From contig CAXUKO010000005.1 of NCBI GenBank assembly GCA_964251665.1, positions 313,285 through 377,284 on the forward strand: a stretch of DNA of 64,000 bases, in the 5' to 3' direction. The DNA is from an uncultured Cytophagales bacterium. GTDB taxonomy: Bacteria; Bacteroidota; Bacteroidia; Cytophagales; Spirosomataceae. The notes under the pieces were generated by a model, which ran no database searches, had not been told where the DNA came from, and saw only the letters and a program-made list of their open reading frames with translations. This document shows, piece by piece, positions 56,852 through 64,000 of the stretch. The position numbers and the translations under genes are program-made. Numbering within the stretch: the stretch's first letter is position 1; every line of letters starts with the position of its first letter.

Positions 56852-59800
56852 ATGCGTAAAATTCTATTGCTCCTGCTGGGCGTACTCGGATTGCTGACGC
56901 AGTCTGCCACCGCTCAGGATCGTCGGGTGACGGGCAAAGTCACATCGGCTGAAGATGGCCAGCCATTACCGGGCGTATCGGTGGTCGTGAAAGGTACAAC
57001 CCGTGGCACCCAAACCGATGCCGATGGTAACTACACCATTTCGCTCACCCGCAATGCTGGCTCATTAGTTTTTAGTTTTGTTGGCACCAATACGAAAGAG
57101 CTTTCGATTGGTAACCAGACTACCATCAACGTTGTGATGACAAATGACTCCCGGTCGCTCGATGAAGTCGTGGTGGTGGGATACGGCAGCGAATCAAAGC
57201 GCAATCTGACGGGTAACATTGCCTCGGTTTCGGCCAAAGACATTCAGAATGTACCGGTGCCGAGCGTAGAGCAGGCACTTCAGGGTAAAGTAGCCGGGGT
57301 GCAGATCACCTCGCTCAACGGTAAACTGGGGCAGGGGCTGCAAATCCGGGTTCGCGGCTCCTCGTCGGTCACCGCTTCCAATCAGCCGCTTTACGTGATT
57401 GACGGCATTCCGGTAACCTCGCAGGACCAATCGTCTTCGTCGGCCCCGACCAACCCGATTGCGGATTTGAACTTCAATGACATCGAATCGCTGCAAATAC
57501 TGAAAGACGCGTCGGCATCGGCCATCTACGGGTCGCGGGCCTCTAATGGTGTAGTGCTAATTACAACCAAGAAAGGCCGGGCCGGAAAAACGCAGTTTGA
57601 ACTGTCGGGTTTCGGTGGCTTTAGTACGCCCACGCACAAACGGGAGTTTCTGAATACGCAGGAATACGTTAAGTACGTTCAGGACGCGCTGGCCAACTCG
57701 GCCGCGTTGGGTCAGGACCCATTCTCACAGACGGATCTGGCCGATATTTTCACGCAGCTAACGGGCGGTGACCGGGCATCCTGGGAACAGGCCAAGGTTA
57801 ATACCAACTGGCAGGACCAGATTTACCAGTCTGCACCCATTCAGCAGTATGACCTGAGCGCGCGCGGGGGCGATGCCAAAACGCGTTTCTTTATCTCGGG
57901 CGGCTACAGCGATCAAAACGGGATTTTGATAAAGAACCGTTTTCAGCGGCTTAGCGGCCGGGTTAACCTCGACCATTCGGCTACTGATAAATTAACCATC
58001 GGTGCTAACCTGAACGTAGCGCGTACCACTAACAACCGGCTCTCGAACGATAATGCGTTTTCGACGCCGATGCAGATTGTGGCCCTGCCGTTCTTTACCC
58101 CCCTAAACGACCCGACAACAGGCCAGTTAAGCAGCGATTTCACACTGTACTACAATCCCCTGCTGAACCGTGATTTCTCATCGAACGTGACGACGGTAAA
58201 CCGGTTCTTCGGTAATGTCTACGCTGACTATAAGATTGTACCGGGGTTGTCTTTCCGCACCGAACTGGGTACGGACCAGTTGATTCAGCGCGAAAACCAG
58301 TATTATGGCCGCGAAACTGCCCGGAACACCAGTACGCCAAACGGACAGGGCTTTGATAGCTGGACGCAGGTATCGAACTACACGACCAACAATTTCCTGA
58401 CGTTTGGGCAGACCTTTGCCCAGAAGCATGATGTAGATGCCACGGTGGGGATGTCGTATCAGGAATCGACCCGCACGTACAACGACCTCACAGCGCAGCA
58501 ATACCCCAGCGATGCCTACAAACAGATATCGTCGGCGGCTAAGGTAACGGGTGGAAACGGCACATTGTCAACCTTTAGTTTCCTGTCTTATTTCGCCAGA
58601 GCCAACTACCGGTTCAATAACCGCTACCTTCTTGGCGTGTCGGGCCGGATTGATGGATCGAGCCGATTTGGGGCTAATAACCGGTACGGATTCTTCCCCG
58701 CAGCTTCGGTGGGCTGGATTCTGACCGAAGAGTCGTTCCTGAAAAGCATACCGACAATAAGTCTGTTGAAACTGCGGGCCAGCTACGGTATTACGGGTAA
58801 CGCCGAAATTGGCAACTTCTCATCACGTGGCTTGTACTCCGGTCTGGCCAGCTATGCTGGCTCTACCGGTCAGGCGGGCTATGCCGGCACACCCGGTCAG
58901 GTTCCTTCGCAGATTGCCAATCCTGACCTGAAGTGGGAAAAAACGGCTCAGACGGATGTAGGACTTGAATTTGGCTTGTTGAACAACCGTATTTCGGGCG
59001 AAATCGATTACTACATCAAACAGACCAGCGACCTGCTGCTGAATGTGAACGTACCCGGCTCAACCGGCTATAGGACGCAGTTGCGTAACGTTGGTAGTCT
59101 GGAAAATAAAGGCATTGAGTTTGTGCTGAACACGCAGAACACAACGGGTGCGTTTCAATGGACGACGAGTCTGAATATTGCGCATAACACCAACAAAATT
59201 ACGAACCTTGGCGGGCAGGTGATTCAGGGCGGCTACATAAACCGCGCGATTGAAGGACAGCCCATCGGCGTTTTCTTCACCCGTGAATATGCCGGTGTCA
59301 ATCCGGCCAATGGCGATGCCCTGTACTATAAGAATACGACCATCACCAACCCGGACGGGTCGAAATCTATCGACCGCACGACGGTAAATTCTGACGCCAA
59401 CCAAATCAATCAGGCGCAGCAGGTAGTTGTCGGCAATCCGAACCCAACTTACATTGGCGGGGTAACCAACACCTTTGCTTACAAAGGCATCGACCTGTCG
59501 GTGTTGTTCCAGGGTCAGTTCGGCAACTCCATCTATAACGGAGCAGGTCAGTACATGTCGGCTAACGGCGATTATTTCGACAACCAGACGCGTGATCAGT
59601 TAAATAGCTGGAAAAAACCGGGCGATATTACCAGCGTACCACAGGCCCGTTTTTACGGCGGTAACGGTACAGCTAACTCCTCCCGTTATCTCCAGAAAGG
59701 TGATTTTGTCCGGCTCAAAACTGTGACTTTAGGCTACACATTCCCTAAAGCAATGACCAGCAAACTGGGTTTGACCCGGGTGCGGATCTATGCTTCGGGT

Positions 59801-59947
59801 GTGAACCTGCTTACTTTCACGAAGTACACAGGCTGGGACCCCGAAGTAAATACCGATTACTTACAGAGCAACATTGCGCTGGGCAACGACTTTTATTCAG
59901 CACCGCAGGCACGTACGATTACCGGAGGTTTGACGATCGGCTTCTAA
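56852..59947 (+). CDS. SusC/RagA-family TonB-dependent transporter (module 3, canonical type)
   Basis: 1031 aa. CarboxypepD_reg-like N-domain, canonical VVVVGYGSESKRNLTGNIASV plug entry, and a terminal ..GGLTIGF. Confidence 0.92.
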   Translation: MRKILLLLLGVLGLLTQSATAQDRRVTGKVTSAEDGQPLPGVSVVVKGTTRGTQTDADGNYTISLTRNAGSLVFSFVGTNTKELSIGNQTTINVVMTNDSRSLDEVVVVGYGSESKRNLTGNIASVSAKDIQNVPVPSVEQALQGKVAGVQITSLNGKLGQGLQIRVRGSSSVTASNQPLYVIDGIPVTSQDQSSSSAPTNPIADLNFNDIESLQILKDASASAIYGSRASNGVVLITTKKGRAGKTQFELSGFGGFSTPTHKREFLNTQEYVKYVQDALANSAALGQDPFSQTDLADIFTQLTGGDRASWEQAKVNTNWQDQIYQSAPIQQYDLSARGGDAKTRFFISGGYSDQNGILIKNRFQRLSGRVNLDHSATDKLTIGANLNVARTTNNRLSNDNAFSTPMQIVALPFFTPLNDPTTGQLSSDFTLYYNPLLNRDFSSNVTTVNRFFGNVYADYKIVPGLSFRTELGTDQLIQRENQYYGRETARNTSTPNGQGFDSWTQVSNYTTNNFLTFGQTFAQKHDVDATVGMSYQESTRTYNDLTAQQYPSDAYKQISSAAKVTGGNGTLSTFSFLSYFARANYRFNNRYLLGVSGRIDGSSRFGANNRYGFFPAASVGWILTEESFLKSIPTISLLKLRASYGITGNAEIGNFSSRGLYSGLASYAGSTGQAGYAGTPGQVPSQIANPDLKWEKTAQTDVGLEFGLLNNRISGEIDYYIKQTSDLLLNVNVPGSTGYRTQLRNVGSLENKGIEFVLNTQNTTGAFQWTTSLNIAHNTNKITNLGGQVIQGGYINRAIEGQPIGVFFTREYAGVNPANGDALYYKNTTITNPDGSKSIDRTTVNSDANQINQAQQVVVGNPNPTYIGGVTNTFAYKGIDLSVLFQGQFGNSIYNGAGQYMSANGDYFDNQTRDQLNSWKKPGDITSVPQARFYGGNGTANSSRYLQKGDFVRLKTVTLGYTFPKAMTSKLGLTRVRIYASGVNLLTFTKYTGWDPEVNTDYLQSNIALGNDFYSAPQARTITGGLTIGF

Positions 59948-59966
59948 CACAAACGCTAATTCTACT

Positions 59967-61352
59967 ATGCAATTCATAAAAACTTCATTTCTTCTGACCA
60001 GTTTGACAGCCGGGCTACTGCTGGCAGGCTGTAGCAGTAAGCTTGACGTGCAACCCGTCAATGACATCTCGAATACAACCGCCCTCTCTACCTCCTCGGA
60101 TGTAGAAGCAGTGCTAACCGGGGCTTATGATGCCTTGGGCAGCGGTGATCTATACGGCGGCAACCTGTTACGCGACGGTGAACTGCTCGGCGATAACGGC
60201 GAACTGCTCTGGCAGGGGACGTTTACGGATGTACGGCAGATTTACCGCCGGAATATTTTAACCGATAATGCTCAGGTAACCCGGACCTGGCTGGATGCCT
60301 ACCGGGCTATCAACATCTGCAACACGGTACTGGAGAACTTAGCTAAAGTAGACGCGGCCAAACAGGCCCGTGTAGAAGGCGAAGCTAAATTTATCCGGGG
60401 ATCGCTGTTCTTTGAAATGGTCCGGTTTTACGCAAAGACCTGGGGCGATGGTGACAACAACGCCAACCTCGGCATTCCGATTGTACTGAAATCGACAACC
60501 CTCATCGACGCGTCCGCTAATGTGCCCCGCAGTCCGGTAGCTACCGTATACGCGCAGGTCATTCAGGATCTGACCCAGGCAGAAGGCAAACTGCCGGCTA
60601 CCAATGGTTTCTTCGCAACCAAAGGGGCTGCGGCTGCTCAATTGTCGCGGGTCTATCTGCAGAAATTAGATTATCCGAATGCGGCTGCGGCTGCGAACCG
60701 GGTAATCACGGGCGGTAAATATGAATTGGCACCCACGGTTGATCAGGCCTTTGATCTACGGACGTTTATCAACGGAACCAACACCCCGGAAACCATTTTT
60801 GCCGTTCAGGTGACCGATCAGGATGGGGTAAATAACCTCAATACGTTCTACGCTTCAGCACAGTATGGCGGTCGGGGTTCAGACATTACGGTCACCAACA
60901 AGCACCTGGCGCTTTACGAAGCGGCCGACCAACGGGGTAATCTGTTTTACCAGGACGAAAACGATTACGTCCGTACGGCTAAGTTTGTGAACGTGTACGG
61001 CAACGTACAGGTTTTTCGGCTCGCCGAGATGTACCTGACACGGGCCGAAGGTAACTTCCGGGCGGGTACGAGCGTTGGTGCTGCCCCGCTGGCTGATATC
61101 AACGTGATTCGTAACCGGGCGGGTCTACCCTCGCTGACCACGGCGCAATTGTCGCTGACAAGCATTCTGCGCGAACGTCGGCTCGAACTGGCTTTTGAAG
61201 GCACCCTGATTCATGACCTGAAGCGGAACCGGCTTAACACACAATACAGTTCAACGGCTTTTGCCTGGAATTCGCCCAAACTGATTTACCCAATTCCGTT
61301 GCGGGAGATTCAGGCCAACCCGGCTCTGATCCAAAACGAAGGTTACCAGTAA
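59967..61352 (+). CDS. RagB/SusD-family lipoprotein (module 3)
   Basis: Lipobox LLAGCS, 461 aa, with LRERRLELAFEG..HDLKR, the classic SusD C-terminal region. Confidence 0.88.
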   Translation: MQFIKTSFLLTSLTAGLLLAGCSSKLDVQPVNDISNTTALSTSSDVEAVLTGAYDALGSGDLYGGNLLRDGELLGDNGELLWQGTFTDVRQIYRRNILTDNAQVTRTWLDAYRAINICNTVLENLAKVDAAKQARVEGEAKFIRGSLFFEMVRFYAKTWGDGDNNANLGIPIVLKSTTLIDASANVPRSPVATVYAQVIQDLTQAEGKLPATNGFFATKGAAAAQLSRVYLQKLDYPNAAAAANRVITGGKYELAPTVDQAFDLRTFINGTNTPETIFAVQVTDQDGVNNLNTFYASAQYGGRGSDITVTNKHLALYEAADQRGNLFYQDENDYVRTAKFVNVYGNVQVFRLAEMYLTRAEGNFRAGTSVGAAPLADINVIRNRAGLPSLTTAQLSLTSILRERRLELAFEGTLIHDLKRNRLNTQYSSTAFAWNSPKLIYPIPLREIQANPALIQNEGYQ

Positions 61353-61373
61353 CCGATTTCTTTTTTATTTATC

Positions 61374-61408
61374 CCGCCGGTGTGCTCTCAGGAGTCACCG
61401 GCGGTTTT
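61374..61408 (+). terminator. rho-independent terminator after module 3
   Basis: ccgccggtg...caccggcgg (9-bp stem) followed by tttt. Confidence 0.65.
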
Positions 61409-61430
61409 GTTTGGTAGCCCCACCAGCACG

Positions 61431-61760
61431 TCACCACTTTTTGAATACAAAAAATACGGCCAGTACAATCAGGGCGAAGCCGACGATATAATTCCAGCGA
61501 ATCTCCTCTTTTAGGTACAGGACCGCGAAAATGACAAAAACCGTCAGGCTGACCACTTCCTGAATCGTCTTTAACTGAAAGGCATTGAACTCGTAGGAAC
61601 CAATGCGGTTGGCCGGTACCGCCAGACAGTATTCAAACAGGGCAATAAGCCAGCTAATGAGAATGACTTTCCAGATGGACTCATCGCGGAATTTAAGGTG
61701 CCAGTACCAGGCGGTGGTCATGAATAGATTGGAGAGAAATAAAAGACCAATGGTGCGCAT
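61431..61760 (-). CDS. small DMT-superfamily membrane protein (DUF486-like)
   Basis: Start moved to ATG 61760 (MRTIGLLFLSNLFMTTAWYWHLKF). 109 aa with four hydrophobic helices. Confidence 0.65.
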   Translation of the reverse strand: MRTIGLLFLSNLFMTTAWYWHLKFRDESIWKVILISWLIALFEYCLAVPANRIGSYEFNAFQLKTIQEVVSLTVFVIFAVLYLKEEIRWNYIVGFALIVLAVFFVFKKW

Positions 61761-61858
61761 CGAGTAATGAGCGGGCCGATAAGTGAACAGCCACGAAATA
61801 GCTAAACTACTGAGGTCAGTCAAACGTTTAGAGGATGGTATAACCACAGAGTTGATTC

Positions 61859-63088
61859 ATGCAGGTAAGCCGACTTTTTCCCACTTTCGTATTCTTCCTC
61901 CTGTCAATGGCCGGTCAGGCACAGGTGCAGTATGCCACTCAGCAGCCTGTGGTTGATGAAGTACACGATGCCGATGTCAGCATCCGGCGCGTCGAGTTGA
62001 CGCCTGACTACACCATACTGCACATGACATTCAGGCATAAAACAGCCCAAAAGGCACCTAAAAACCCCTATCAGGTACCTTTTCCGTACGATCTGTCCCC
62101 TAAGGATAACAGCACCATTCAGTTTGACCCCTCCGCCCGGCTCTATGCCAACCGGGGGGATAAGTCCTTCAAGTTTATCCGCGCCGAAAATATCCCGACT
62201 CGTACCCGCATCGACGTCAGTCAGGGGCAGCGGGTGGACTTCATCGCTTATTTTGAACGGCTCGATCCCGGGATTACCGTATTCGATCTATTTGAATGCA
62301 GTGACAGCGATCATAATATTTGCTTTAATTTCTACGGCGTACACATCATCAATCCCCGCAACGCCAAAAAACCGGCTAAACCAGTACCGCCGAAAGTGGC
62401 TCTTCCGGTTAAACCAAAGGTGCCGCTGCCCGCCAAACCGGCACCGCCAACCCGTCCTAATGCAACATCGATCACCGCACCGACTACGGTAGCGGTGGCC
62501 GGAACCGTGCGCGACACGAAAACCAATAAACCTGTTGATGCTACGTTGTCGTACCAGCGCATTTCGGGGAGAACACCGGGCGAGCCGGAGAGCACCCGCG
62601 CCAATGCCCAAACCGGCGACTACCGGGTGATGGTAAAGCCCATAGCGGTCTATGCCGTTAGTGTTACCGCAAAAGGGTACTTCTCCAAAATGGATACGCT
62701 GACTACCGGCCGCACCGATCTCCGTCGCGACCTGACGCTGACACCCATTGTCACCGGGGCGAAACTGACGCTGCAAAATATTGAATTCGACGCGGGTAAG
62801 TTTGATCTCAGACCAGAGTCCTATCCCGAACTAAATCAGTTGGTGCAGCTATTACGCGACAACCCAATGCTCAAGATTCGGCTGGAAGGCCATACCGACG
62901 TTATCGGCGAGTTCGACGCCAACCTGACGCTGTCGCGGAACCGGGTAAACGAGGTTAAACGCTATCTGGTGAAAAAAGGGGTCGACGCCGGGCGAATTGA
63001 TACCATCGGCTACGGAGCATCGCGCCCGCTGGTGAATAAAAGTGCCGGGCAGAACCGGCGCGTTGAACTGGTCATTACCGAATCGTAA
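61859..63088 (+). CDS. OmpA-family protein with Pro/Lys-rich linker
   Basis: Signal peptide, linker PAKPVPPKVALPVKPKVPLPAKPAPP, and a C-terminal OmpA-like domain (FDAGKFDL...LEGHTD..G....N..LS..R...V..YL...G......GYG...P........NRRVELVI). Confidence 0.8.
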   Translation: MQVSRLFPTFVFFLLSMAGQAQVQYATQQPVVDEVHDADVSIRRVELTPDYTILHMTFRHKTAQKAPKNPYQVPFPYDLSPKDNSTIQFDPSARLYANRGDKSFKFIRAENIPTRTRIDVSQGQRVDFIAYFERLDPGITVFDLFECSDSDHNICFNFYGVHIINPRNAKKPAKPVPPKVALPVKPKVPLPAKPAPPTRPNATSITAPTTVAVAGTVRDTKTNKPVDATLSYQRISGRTPGEPESTRANAQTGDYRVMVKPIAVYAVSVTAKGYFSKMDTLTTGRTDLRRDLTLTPIVTGAKLTLQNIEFDAGKFDLRPESYPELNQLVQLLRDNPMLKIRLEGHTDVIGEFDANLTLSRNRVNEVKRYLVKKGVDAGRIDTIGYGASRPLVNKSAGQNRRVELVITES

Positions 63089-63091
63089 GTA

Positions 63092-63151
63092 TCCCGGACG
63101 CCCACGTCCGGTAACGAGTTAACTGACCAAACCGGACGTGGGCGTCCGGGA
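63092..63151. terminator. long hairpin with self-complementary arms
   Basis: tcccggacgcccacgtccggt (63092-63112) pairs with accggacgtgggcgtccggga (63131-63151), a 21-bp perfect stem. Each arm is itself a hairpin (ccggacg-n4-cgtccgg). Confidence 0.7.
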
Positions 63152-63160
63152 CACTTGCCT

Positions 63161-63823
63161 ATGAAGCCCGACTTCAATCTCGACACCGTTCTATTGCACA
63201 TTGCCGACGCTATTGCCCCTTTCCCCAAAGCAGCCATGTTTGACCTGGCCGAGCGGGGGTACGGATCGGTATTCGAGCAATTGATCTCGTGCATCATCTC
63301 CATCCGCACCCTCGACGAAACAACCCTGCCCGTTTCTCTGCGCCTGTTTGGGCAAGCCCGTACGCCCGCCGAACTGGCCGAACTAAGTCCTGATGAACTG
63401 ATTCCACTGCTTTATGGCACCAGTTACCCGGAACAGAAAGCATATACACTATTGGGCGTAGCCCGTGACATTCTGGAAAAACACGGCGGCATCACCCCGA
63501 CCGATTTCGATGCGCTGACGGCGTTTAAGGGGGTTGGTCCCAAATGTGCTAACCTGACCTTAGGCGTGGCTACGGGGCAGGCCGCCATCAGCGTCGATAT
63601 TCATGTGCACCGGGTGGTTAATCGCTGGGGATTTGTGCAGACGAAGCAGCCCGAACAGACCCTGAAGGTGCTGGAGCAAACCGTGCCCCGTGACCGCTGG
63701 ATTGATATTAACCGGTTGCTGATGCCGTTTGGTAAACACATCTGCACCGGTTCTCTGCCGCATTGTTCCACCTGCCCCGTGCTGCCCTGGTGCGAACAGA
63801 TCGGTGTAACGCGGCATCGCTGA
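63161..63823 (+). CDS. nth: endonuclease III family DNA glycosylase
   Basis: HhH-GPD region (LTAFKGVGPKCANL..VDIHVHRV) and a C-terminal 4Fe-4S loop C-x6-C-x2-C-x5-C (CTGSLPHCSTCPVLPWC). ATG at 63161. Confidence 0.85.
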   Translation: MKPDFNLDTVLLHIADAIAPFPKAAMFDLAERGYGSVFEQLISCIISIRTLDETTLPVSLRLFGQARTPAELAELSPDELIPLLYGTSYPEQKAYTLLGVARDILEKHGGITPTDFDALTAFKGVGPKCANLTLGVATGQAAISVDIHVHRVVNRWGFVQTKQPEQTLKVLEQTVPRDRWIDINRLLMPFGKHICTGSLPHCSTCPVLPWCEQIGVTRHR

Positions 63824-63901
63824 GCAGGGAAGGCCATAATTTTAAGCCCGGAGACGGCATTTTTTGGTTATTTTTACGGGTCTTCCGTTGCCCAGCCGTT
63901 T

Positions 63902-64000
63902 ATGACCTCCGTACTTTTACGTTGCCTGATAGGATTAATTGCTGTTTTTGTGGTGGCTTGTCAGGTTCACAAATTCCCGCCGGAGTTGTGGAAGACCGCG
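63902..64000 (+). CDS. probable lipoprotein, N-terminal fragment (runs off the window end)
   Basis: The ATG at 63902 gives MTSVLLRCLIGLIAVFVVACQVHKFPPELWKTA, a signal peptide plus lipobox Cys. Only 33 codons are visible. Confidence 0.35.
   Translation, partial: MTSVLLRCLIGLIAVFVVACQVHKFPPELWKTA

Overview
This 64-kb window looks like chromosomal DNA from a Bacteroidota genome, probably Cytophagales. That placement is an inference from three SusC/SusD pairs, a T9SS C-terminal sorting-domain protein, a hybrid two-component regulator, TAnnTTTG-type -7 boxes, and moderately GC-rich coding DNA broken by very AT-rich intergenic islands. I can support about 50 protein genes and one tRNA-Arg(CCT). 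I see no rRNA, CRISPR array, transposase, integrase or phage genes.

Layout:
- 1-5212 (-): glucuronoxylan side-chain operon (CE15-like esterase, UxuA, GH67, Tat-exported Gfo/Idh/MocA oxidoreductase).
- 5332-7374: TMTC-like GT-C/TPR membrane protein.
- 7458-17181: secreted nuclease, VOC, BON-LysM, SGNH lipoprotein, OMP, HxlR, MiaA, and a PASTA / T9SS-cargo / rhodanese operon.
- 17333-21142 (-): ribE preceded by a translationally coupled FdtA-like / aminotransferase / ArnC-like GT2 / methyltransferase operon.
- 21316-29256: DUF1684, pheT, coiled-coil gene plus zapA, rny, NIF3-like, hflX, tRNA-Arg.
- 29860-38226: TetR, then a fructan/fructose locus (GH32, fructokinase, MFS sugar porter, periplasmic-sugar-binding hybrid two-component system).
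- 38428-45827: AAA-type ATPase, YbjQ, GH29 fucosidase, UDG-like protein, lipoprotein, class A beta-lactamase-like protein, MBL-fold hydrolase, patatin.
- 46268-61352: three consecutive SusC/SusD pairs with no enzymes.
- 61431-64000: DMT protein, OmpA-family protein, endonuclease III, partial lipoprotein.

I did not find a clear-cut new defence or toxin system. The most unusual items are:
1. The amino-sugar to polyprenyl-phosphate operon, which may build a methylated 3-amino-6-deoxyhexose lipid carrier.
2. The duplicated SusC/SusD module, whose 174-bp upstream leaders align without gaps and share footprint-like conserved blocks.
3. The tRNA-Arg followed by two decayed copies of its anticodon-arm-to-3'-end segment.
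4. Families of GTAAGT-rich and nested palindromic intergenic elements.

All functional calls rest on motifs read by eye and my memory of the protein families. No database search was possible.
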